DNA from: Octopus sinensis
Taxonomy: Eukaryota
Direction of reading: 5' to 3'
Length of the DNA: 64,000 nt
NCBI RefSeq assembly: GCF_006345805.1
Contig: NC_043003.1
Coordinates: 111,848,001-111,912,000, forward strand
Shown: in pieces, positions 54,050-64,000 of the stretch
Numbering within the stretch: position 1 is the first letter of the stretch
Layout of the letters: each line of letters starts with the position of its first letter
Translations under genes and position numbers: made by a program
Notes under the pieces: model-generated
The model's database searches: none
Told to the model about the DNA's origin: nothing
Seen by the model: only the letters and a program-made list of their open reading frames with translations

Positions 54050-55490
54050 TAGCTGTGTGGATTCCTCGTGTTAAGTGGCAGAATGAATTTTGTATATGGA
54101 TATTTGCGTATGCTCTCTATTAAAGTCTGTTAAGTAATGGTTTGTATGTTTGCATGAATGTGTTTTCTTTGCATATTCGTGCTTCATTTGTGATATTCAT
54201 TAATCAATTTAGAATGTGATGAACTGGAATTTGAGGAGCTTACTTTTTATACATATGTCTATATGTCTACTCAGTGGAATCTGTCTAGTACTTGAGTCTC
54301 ATATTTGTTATCCGAGGATGGTCAGTCTATTTCTGAGAGTACGCATTGTTCGACCTGTGTAATCTGCGTTACATATTTGACGTTTTATAGCGTATATTAA
54401 ATTCTTTGACGAATACAGAAAATTATTTTTTCATGATAAAGTTTTGTCCGAATTTGAATTTGTGTTGTCTTCAATAAGTCCAGCAACTGGGTAAGCCACA
54501 CTCTTTCGCTGTTAGTGTGGGAATTGTAGAAGGTAGTAAGCGCGGGTGAAGAAATTTTGGATAGACATTGATTCTCTTCTGCTTTTGATTATTTTGTGTA
54601 TTTCGAATGATTGTTTCCTTTTTGTGTCTTGTATTAGTAGTGGAATGTTCTGATGGATATTGTTCTAAGATTCTGTGTTTTTTGGGTTATGTGTTGTAAT
54701 AAATGGTAAGATATTGCATGTATATGGAGGATTCTTTGTTTTTCGTAGTTCTTCAATATCTCTTTTGGCACTGCTATACCGTTGTCTATCAGCATTAATG
54801 GTTATATTCCTTTAAATAGCATTTTTTCTAAATCCACTGAGACATCTATTTATTCCCGGAGTCGTCTGTTAACGCCCAGAGTCATCTATTTCGACTTACA
54901 TAGTTTAAGAAACTTGTGCAGTTTCAATTAAATGGAATATTATTTTTCGCATGTTTAGGATGGCATAAGTAGAACAGTAGGGGTTGTTTACAATGTGTTT
55001 GTTTGTAGTGAATATCTGTTTCTATGCTTTTATCTATTTTGGTGATTAGTATATCCAGGAACGGTACCTGAATATTACTGCATTTCATGGTGAAGCTGAT
55101 ATTATTGTCTCTGCCATGACTAGATTGGCGTAGTCGGAGAAACTATTTTTGCAACCGTAGGTATTTGTTTGTAAATATTACCATTGAGCATCTTTTGCCG
55201 CAGCCACAGGTATTTTTTCATCGAATTCAAAAACGTTTTCAATTATGTCTGCTCGACTGTGCCGGCTTTCATTTTCGGCGCAAAATATATTATCACGTGA
55301 CACCAACACACGTACGTAGAGGGAAACGTACAAAAGGTTCTAAATTTAATCACGAGTTCATTCTCTAAAACAATTTACCGGAAACATCCAGAGAATTGTT
55401 TGATTCGTATTGTTACGAGAATGTTCATTCAACCGTGACATATTAAACTTACTATGCCAAACATTAACACTGCCCATTAACATAAAGAAG
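54050..55490 (-). mobile_element. Penelope-like element: RT thumb plus GIY-YIG endonuclease, degenerate
   Basis: FTMKCSNIQVPFLDILITK...IETDIHYKQT...CHPKHAKNNIPFN; IYAIKRQICNADYTGRTMRTLRNRL. Confidence 0.85.
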
Positions 55491-55515
55491 TGGCGAGGAA
55501 ACTACCTTCATGTGT

Positions 55516-55817
55516 GGAGGCACATTGCCTAGTGGTTAGAGCATCGGAATCGCTGTCTAGGGATCGCGGGTTCGAATCTCAGACCGGGTGATGTGTGTGT
55601 TTATGAGCGAAACACCTAAGCTCCACGCGCCTCCGGCAGAAGGTAATGGCGAACTTCTGCTGACTCTTTCTCCACAACTTTCTCTCACACTTTCCTCCTG
55701 CATCTTGCAGCTCATCTGCGACGGACCGGCGTCCCGTCCATGTGGGGGACCCATACGCCAAGGAAACCGGGAAATCGGCCCTTATAAGCTAAGCATCGCT
55801 CTAGAAGGAACAAACAA
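55516..55817 (+). mobile_element. tRNA-derived SINE family C with a V/Meta-domain-like body
   Basis: A-box TGCCTAGTGG, B-box GGTTCGAATC, body CTGCGACGGACCGGCGTCCCGTCCA...GGAAACCGGGAAA. Confidence 0.8.
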
Positions 55818-56100
55818 AAACCCTCAAGTGACTATCCTCTGGTAAACAAGTCTTATACAAAACATACTATTTTACGTCATTTACTCCCTATAAAAATGGG
55901 AGAATCTTCTAAAACAAGTCAGGAGCAAGACAGTTACAGCATGACGCACGTTCTTCTATATTTACTTTTGGAAATCAATGTCAATAGTGAAACCAGTTAA
56001 GTCTTTAGATATAATAAAACAAAAATTTAGCTATTCACAGTGTATTTTCAACTCCTAATTTTTTCTATGTTTCTACCCTGTTGTACAAAATAACTTTCTT

Positions 56101-56191
<91 letters not shown>

Positions 56192-56499
56192 AAAACGAAA
56201 GGAAGGAAGGAAGAAAGAAAGAAAGACACGTGAATGTAGCCTCATTAAGGGATAGTAATATCCAAGGAATTACTGGTTCATTACCTAATATTTTTGGTTA
56301 ATAATGATATTCATAAAATAATAGGCATAAATATAAATCTTGATTTTTTCATATTCAAAGGATAACTTTAGAAATGGAGATATATCATTAATATAATTTT
56401 ATTATCTGCAAAAATCCAACACATTCTCTCACACCTGTTTCAATTAAGAGAAAAAGATCAAATACCAATAATTAAATCATTATAATAGACAAAATCTCT

Positions 56500-56665
56500 T
56501 CAGAGGTGTAAAAAAGATGTACCGTTAAGTTATTAGGTACTATGCTTTCGACTCATCATTATTATTGTTCAGGTCACTGCCTGGTATAGAACTCGGAATC
56601 TTGGGGTTAGTAGCCCGCGCCCTTAATCACTACGCCATATCGCCGATTTCGATTCCAAGCAGTGA

Positions 56666-56741
<76 letters not shown>

Positions 56742-56896
56742 TTAATAATAAGAAGAACAACAACAACAACTACAACAACAAGAACAAGAACAAGGACAAG
56801 AACAAGAACAAGAACAAGAACAATAACAATAACAATAACAATAACAATAACAATAATAATAATAATAACAACAACAACAACAACAACAACAATAAA

Positions 56897-56973
<77 letters not shown>

Positions 56974-57173
56974 TAATAATAATAATAAAAATACCTTAGG
57001 AATGAGAACCTAGGTTCGAAATTTCTCCAAGACACCTGAAGAAGGCTGGAGGGTATATCAACCAAAAACGATGTGTTAACAACAAGCAAAACGAGGACAA
57101 ATATCCGTCGAGTGTAAGTAATGAAAATAATCTAAATAATTTTAAAAATTCCTCATCTCTTAAATATAGAACT
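56500..57173 (+). mobile_element. SINE family D: tRNA-like head (inverted), (AAT)n core, Penelope-like tail with degenerate hammerhead
   Basis: Minus-strand A/B boxes at 56644-56566; ~35 bp inverted repeat; GACAC-CTGAAGA-AGGCTG..CAACC-AAAA-CG-AT-GTGTT at 57031-57077. Confidence 0.65.
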
Positions 57174-57259
57174 ATATATCTTGATTTGAAGATATTTCAG
57201 AATAGTAAATGAAAACGGTTATGTGGAAAATATCGGATAAAAACTATCAAGTATAGCAA

Positions 57260-57535
57260 TTCCATTTGGTAGACGGAAACTGAAAGGCGCCTGTCGTATA
57301 TATGTATATATGTATGTGTGTGTGTGTTTGTGCGTCTGTGTTTGTCCCCCTAGCATTGCTTGACAACCGATGCTGGTGTGTTTACGTCCCCGTCACTTAG
57401 CGGTTCGGCAAAAGAGACCGATAGAATAAGTACTGGGCTTACCAAGAATAAGTCCCGAGGTCGATTTGCTCGACTAAAGGCGGTGCTCGAGCAAGGCCGC
57501 AGTCAAAATGACTGAAACAACTAAAAGATAAATGA
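57260..57535 (+). mobile_element. SINE family B, 3' two thirds
   Basis: TTTGGTAGACGGAAACTGAAAG...CTTAGCGGTTCGGCAAAAGAGACCGATAGAATAAGTAC...GCAGTCAAAATGACTGAAAC. Confidence 0.9.
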
Positions 57536-57699
57536 GAATTTAAAGTAAAATAGTATTAGATAATCAATCATTAATTGGACAGTATGTTAATCAGTAGAAA
57601 TTAGTTGTTATAGTGTTAGAAATTAATCGTAATGTAATAATAATAGAATTAGGTATATAGGTCAAATACTTATTAGTTAGGTAGAAGATAGGTAGCTGG

Positions 57700-58900
57700 G
57701 AACTTTATATTATTAATATTGTAGCTATGGAATTTGAGGAGTATGTACATGTAGTATTACTTTCGAAGTAAGCAAAGTAGTTATTTAAGATATTGAAGAT
57801 ACATATATTTCTACATGAATATGTGAAATGTGTTTCTCGTTTCAATGTTCGGATAGGGTATTTCAGGCTATAAAAATTTACATTGTGGTTTACAATCATT
57901 GAAAATGAAATTAAGAACATTTTTTTATTTGTATTTATTTATATTCATCTTATTAATATGCCGTTTCATATTTTACTTTTATATCCAGCGTTAAATAAGG
58001 CTATATTTTAGTGGTAGTCATATTTATTGAATATATCTTCATTCGAAAATAGATATTTCGTTACTTTACTAACGTGCTTTTTTATCGATTTATGTAACTT
58101 AAGTTGGAACTAGGTTTTCTAGAAGGTTCACGTAAACCAGTTACTAAAATAAAGTTAACATTCAAAAGAATTATAGAGTTATTATATATCTAGATGGTAA
58201 TAGACTGACCATTTCTTTTTAATCAGTTTCTGATTATTTCTAATCACCTATTAGAATTTGTAATTAGTTTTTAAATTATTTCTAATCACCTATTAGAAGC
58301 ATTTTTAACTATGAAAAGAGCACCATTCCCGTAAAATCCTCCCCCTGATTTTTAGGCACTTCTTCATACATACTTGATAGAAGACATATAAATACAAGAA
58401 CCGTCACTTGGGCGGGATCGGTCGTGCCCGTTGTAATATTGAAACAATTAGGAGTATCTTTTCTGGTCCATAAATTATTGTCGAAGGTAAATCTAAATCT
58501 ACGGGCTCCTAATATAACGTTGATTAATTTCATAGTAAGTTTAGTATGTTTTCTTGCGAAAATAAGTGCACTGTTTAATATAGTAGTGTTTAAAGATGAA
58601 TGGTAGTTATCTATGGCTTTCTGTAAAAATTTATGCTTGCTTTTATTTTGAATTTTAGAGAACCATCTAATTACATATTGTGTGTTGGACCACAGTTCAA
58701 GTGATATCTTTTTTCTTAGTGTAGATATATATTTATCTAAAATAATTTTAATTAGCCTACCAAAGCCTGGCTTCCATGGACATATTAATCTAACCGTGGC
58801 CAGGTTTATAGCAATATTAGCCATAAAGGAATACTCATTCCGTTTAGATGATTCCTAAACACAACACCTAATAACCTAGCGGAATATCTTTTCTACCTCT
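57700..58900 (-). mobile_element. Penelope-like RT fragment (second clade)
   Basis: VRLICPWK...ILDKY...WSNTQYVIRWFSKIQNK...FNITTGTTDPAQ resembles RLIxPxK..ILD..W.NT..VI.WF..I.NK..FDVTMGS.DGAE; also LNVNFILVTG..PSRKP and TYSC. Confidence 0.85.
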
Positions 58901-59649
58901 CTAATGAGATTTTGCCTAACATAATGATTAAATATATTTATTTAATCTTTTAGGCTTAATTGAAACAGATGAAGAGAATATGTTGGGTTTTTGCAGATAA
59001 TAAATTATGTTAATGGAATACAGCTGTACATACATCTATATCTATATATTTATATATAAATGTGTATATGTGTTTGTGCGTGCATGTGCATGTGTATGTG
59101 TGTGCATAGACACAAACACATACACAACCAGCCATGGGACACGAACTCATATCCCTCATAGAGTCAATTTGAGTGCCCTACGATTAAGTTAACATGGCCG
59201 CTGACAAATTCATCACCGAATTTATTCTAATTACTTTCGCTTTATAGATGAACGATGTGTGTATCAAGTTAAACAAACTGATATATGTTGTTCATTAGCA
59301 GCATCGAAAATATGTATTCTGAAATACAAATAGGCTGGTTTCCCAGCCTAGTAAGTGTAATTAACCCAGTAATTCTGCTGCTTTAACTCCAATTTTGCGT
59401 CTGAAAACATATAATTTTATTTATACCATGGAATACACACTCACACACACACATATATATATATGTGTATATATGTATGTATTCAAAGAAAACATTATTA
59501 AATAGCGTAACTGGTATTGTTGTATCGACATTTCAGATTTTATCTAAGTAAATCTAGTAGGTGAGAACTAATCAAATTTACGTTAACAAACGTAATTTGG
59601 GCAGTTCAAAACCTAAGTATATTTAATATTCTTTCTACATGTAAGAGCA

Positions 59650-59895
59650 AAATCTTTGATGCTCTCCACCCGTTATCATCGACTGCTATTTCCACTAAAT
59701 ATTGGTGCATTGTAACGTTTAAGAGCATGTGGATTGCCCAAAAAGGTATTCTAAAATTTTAGCTGGCAGGAGAATTCTAAGTACTAGGTACTAAGGTTTT
59801 CAAGAACTCAACGCAAGGTTAAACAAATTTGTAATCTGATGAGTACACTATATATGAAAGTGCTAATTTTGCTAAAGTACGGAAATAAAAAAAAC
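59650..59895 (+). mobile_element. Possible Penelope 3' end with hammerhead-like core
   Basis: AAT-CTGATGA-GTA..TAT-GAAA-GTGC-TA-ATT at 59833-59868. Confidence 0.3.
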
Positions 59896-59924
59896 ATTCA
59901 ACTTATTTATATATATATATAGGT

Positions 59925-60069
59925 ATAGGCGCAGGAGTGGATGTAGCTTGCTTGCGAACCACATGGTTTCGGGTTCAGTCTCACTGCATGGCACCTTTGG
60001 TCGACCTCGGGTCGACCAAAGCCTTGTGAGTTGATTTGGTAGACGAAATCTGAAGGAATCCCTTCGTAT

Positions 60070-60118
<49 letters not shown>

Positions 60119-60330
60119 TATGTATATGTGTGCATATGTTCGTGTGTTTGTGTTTGTCCTCCAGCATCGCTTGACAAACGATTCTTGTGTGTGTATGTTC
60201 CTTGTAACTTAGCGTTTCGGCAAAATTGCACTAGGCTTAAAAAGAATAAGTCCTGGTGTCGATTTCCCCGACTAAATGTGGTGCTCCAGCATGGCCACAG
60301 TCAAATGACTGAAATGAGTAAAATAGTAAA
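59925..60330 (+). mobile_element. SINE family B with expanded internal (TA)n
   Basis: GGCGCAGGAGTGG...CCACATGGTTTCGGGTTCAGTC...GATTTGGTAGACG...GCATGGCCACAGTCAAATGACTGAAA. Confidence 0.9.
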
Positions 60331-60344
60331 AGAGTATAGGTGGT

Positions 60345-60396
60345 TAGACAGAGATAGATAGATAAATATATAGATAGATAGATAAATAGATAAATG

Positions 60397-60491
<95 letters not shown>

Positions 60492-60545
60492 GGATAGATG
60501 GATAGATAGATAGATGGATAAACAGAGAGACAGATAGATAAACAG
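60345..60545. repeat. (AGAT)n microsatellite
   Basis: Seen directly. Confidence 0.97.
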
Positions 60546-61559
60546 ATAGATATGTAAGGAGGTATGTATATGTTTAGTATACTGTTCTGTGAACATAAGA
60601 TCAACAAAAAAATGTTCTCCATATGGGGAGAGATAAATTTTGTTTAATACACTCAGTTTATATATTTATGTGTTAGCAATAGCCCCATGCTATAAAAATG
60701 ATACAGACACACTTTTATAACACGTTTGATGTCTTCCCCCAATGTTCAGGCTAAAACAAGAAAATGCGTGAAATTAAATATATAAAAATTGTAAGTGCGA
60801 AAGTGTGAAAACACCGGAAAACCAAAGGAAAGGAAATAAAGTTAAAAGAAATACAAAATTTGAGAAGAATCGGAGCTAGAATCCCTTTGAATGTAAAACG
60901 ATAGTACGTCTGAAGAGAGAGGTGTCTATAGTCTGCTGTACAACCGCTCAATACGGAGATGGTGGTATTTTCCAATTTGCAAAGAGAAAATTTTCCTTAT
61001 GTTTACATCAGCTGAAAATTTCAGGTCTGAAATTCAAGTGTGCAGCGGATTTTATAGGGCTTGAAAAGACCTGTGATATTTCATCTACGCAGAGCATGCA
61101 CATTTTGCTATGGATTTTTCATGTATTTGATTCTATGGATTTTTCAACTATTTTCCATTTGATTATACGTGGTGGGGCGTTAGGCTTCAAACTCTATACA
61201 TGCTCAGCCATCTTTGTGGCTTCACTTTTGTCCAAGATATGATTTTAGCATAGATATTTTTGAAGTAAACTTCGCATAGTCCACTGTAACTCTTCTTTCG
61301 ATTGTTATCATCTATCGTTTATGACACATTTAACCATGTATTCTTGGTGCAGTGGAGTAGTTCCTGGGTCTCTACAGTTAGAATTGGGAGTAGGCTCTAG
61401 GAAATGTTTGCGCGTAATGATGCTCTTCTGTAATTAGGTGTATAAACATTCTGATAAAATAACGTTACAGTATTTTTAATGAACGATATATATTTGATTA
61501 ATAATATCAACCTATTATGATAAGTATTACGACGCCCCCTTGCGGGAGATAGACTGATC

Positions 61560-61900
61560 TAAGTGAATTTTATATAGTAATGATCGAATTCCGTGTTAGT
61601 TCGCAGTGAAGTCGGAAGTTGTCGGTAGGTTACTTCACAAATAATATTGAATGTTGGTTCATAAAGAGATTTGTTATTTACTGTTGTCTGGTTATCTTAT
61701 TTTTGTGTACGTAACAAATTACAATACAACTTTTGGTAACGAGAGTTTTGAAGGTAACGCAGTTTATTTAACAATTTGTGTGAGATATAACTTGTTTTGG
61801 TAAAGAATGGAAGATCTGTTAGCTTCCATAGTACAGTTACAAAAGCAACAAAAAGAACAGTAGCAGGAGTTGCAGAAGTAACTATTACAGCATTACCTCC
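61560..61900 (+). mobile_element. Possible Gypsy LTR remnant: LTR end, PBS and start of gag
   Basis: ...ACAATACAAC|TTTTGGTAACGAG (PBS-like) then ATG MEDLLASIVQLQKQQKEQ*QELQK. Confidence 0.3.
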
Positions 61901-62301
61901 ATTTACACAAATCAAATTTGTGTTAACTAAAACATGATCATTATTTCGAACGAACGATAATAAAATGCAGTCCTACGTGTACTCATCTACTCTGTGATAA
62001 CCTTTGAAAATTAAAGAGAAATATATTACCGTGTGTATCCTCAAAAAGAGAATAAAATTATTAATAATTTACTTTGATATTAAATTGAAATATTTTCATT
62101 TAATATTTTAATAATTTGATAATTCTCGCCTACTAATCAATTTAAGTATTTCATATAAATTTTAACGTTGAATTTCACGACATTTTTTAAATATTCATGG
62201 CCTATATACGCGTGTATTAATTACAGATAATGTATTTCCTGCGATAGCTGCCATTGCTGAACATGACTTAGTGATAATGATTTTCTTTATCCTTCTGTCA
62301 G

Positions 62302-62385
62302 AAATATACATTCTGTATACTGCATTTCACATAAGTGAGACACATAGCTATGAAAGGTTTTTCACAGAATCAAATCACGAAAGAG
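62302..62385 (+). other. Candidate 84-nt spliceosomal exon
   Basis: Acceptor TTTTCTTTATCCTTCTGTCAG|, donor GAG|GTAAGT; one open frame (phase 1-1). Confidence 0.3.
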
Positions 62386-62868
62386 GTAAGTTTTTAAAGG
62401 TTGTTTTATGTTTTCATGCTATTTCATATGAAGTCACATATATAATAAAGAACATGGAGATAACATTCAAATGTGTCTATAAACCTTTAAGCTGTATTTA
62501 AGTACCCTTTGTTTGAGGGATTTCAATCTAAAGAAAGAAAAAACTGACTTGATTTCATCATTCGCTATAGATTTTATGATTTGTGAAATACAAATATAAT
62601 TGTCATTCGTTGCTATCTATAAAATAAATGTTAATAACAAATTGGCATATATTCAATTGAATAAAACTTCAATAAAGTTTTATATGAAGCACCTTTACAA
62701 AAGAAATTATTATTTGGATGGAACATTCCTCACCAAATTCACGAACTCTCCTAATCTTGTTGAAGGGTTTTACTTGTGTTATTCATATACCATCTATTTG
62801 TACATATTCCTGCTTGTGGTGGGTGACAAATAAATGGCATCGAAGAGTAATCTTATATAATAATACGG

Positions 62869-62911
<43 letters not shown>

Positions 62912-63879
62912 CTGTGAGTGAGCGCTTGCGTGTGTGGGGAGGGTTGTATATTCGCGTATGTTCTTATGGATTCGAAAACTAAGTTGCCGATTTCAACGTG
63001 AGGTATCAAAAAATTCAGTAATCTTTCAGCTACCAAATAAAGTAGGTTTTTTGCACAATACTTTTTTACCACATGAATGACATCGGAAATGAAGTCGGGT
63101 CGCACAATGTTGAGGTTTTTAGCTAAGGGAGGCAAATCTGACTCCACAAACTTTATGCCTTTAGAGAAATAATAATGACAAAATATTTAAAATACATAGT
63201 TTTACCAGGAAATGAAACGTAGAAGATATACCACCACCTTTATGCTATTATTTAATAGATTAGCTTTGAATGTGAAGTATGTTTGCCTGTGTTTTGCTTA
63301 GCCCAGAAGAGACTCTGATGAATTAGATCCATCGCATACGTTTTTTCTTACTGAACATACTGTAAATCTGTGTCTTTCTTTTGATGAAAGTGCGCGTGTT
63401 TGTGTGTGCATGCGCGTGCGTTTTTGTGTGTATGTGTTATGTTGTGGTGAAAAATACATTTCTCAGATAATTTGCACAATGACTTTTAAAGAAATCTGGA
63501 CATCATTGTTACTGCAAATTGCAACTCCAAATTATAATTGTTATTTGTTGGAAGTCAAATAGACTGCGAGGTACATATAGTGTTATCTTATAGACTGCAA
63601 GTTCAATACAAAGTTTTGAACCCATGATCTTGTGGCTAATAATTCATTTTCTTAAATTTGAAGCCATTCATTCTTTAAACATCATTTTATTGGGTTTAGT
63701 CTTTCGACTGTCACCATGATGCGGTATCACCTTCAAAAGTTTAATTGATCATACTGACTTCAGTACGTATTACAATCTACCATTTATCTTACAGATCTCT
63801 GCTTGCTGAATTTGAGACACAGTGGGACAAAATACTCGATTAATTAATAAATGTAAACACACACAGACTCACATATTAG

Positions 63880-63985
63880 GTGCAAGAATAACTGTGTAGT
63901 TGAGAAGTTTGCTTACCAGCCACATGGATCCACGTTCAGCCCCTCGGCATGGTACCCTGAGCAAGTGTCTTCTAGGCCCGCCGCA
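63880..63985 (+). mobile_element. SINE family B head
   Basis: GCTTACCAGCCACATGG.TCC.CGTTCAG.CCC...GGTACCCTGAGCAAGTGTCTTCT. Confidence 0.7.
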
Positions 63986-64000
63986 GACTACTGACTTAGT

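Noticed and set aside
55516-55590. tRNA gene
   Set aside because: A and B boxes are present but there is no full cloverleaf, and it continues into a SINE body
56566-56644. tRNA gene on the minus strand
   Set aside because: Imperfect stems, and embedded in a repeat with a microsatellite and tail
60345-60545. Further Tx1 insertions at other GATA arrays (also 5700, 8307, 16320)
   Set aside because: No Tx1 3' hairpin/AATAAA end adjoins these arrays

Overview
This is AT-rich eukaryotic, repeat-saturated DNA. The SINE families and extreme microsatellite load point to a coleoid cephalopod, most likely Octopus (family recognition from memory, not a database search). I cannot call any host protein-coding gene with confidence; there are only 2-3 weak isolated exon candidates, so the window is probably intergenic or a very large intron. 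Almost all short ORFs in the track are microsatellite or antisense artefacts. The main structure is at 28.6-38.5 kb: one (GATA)n array interrupted by two same-orientation L1/Tx1-type retrotransposons, one near full length (ORF1 + APE-RT ORF2) and one 5'-truncated. Their 3' hairpin/tail is shared with a local tRNA-derived SINE. A parallel nest of R4/Dong-like RLE elements sits in (TAA)n arrays at 17.5-25.2 kb. Also present: several Penelope-like fragments, RTE fragments, a mariner relic, a Helitron-like element, a foldback MITE, four SINE families (one with a hammerhead-ribozyme-like tail), and a near-perfect 1371-bp tandem duplication.
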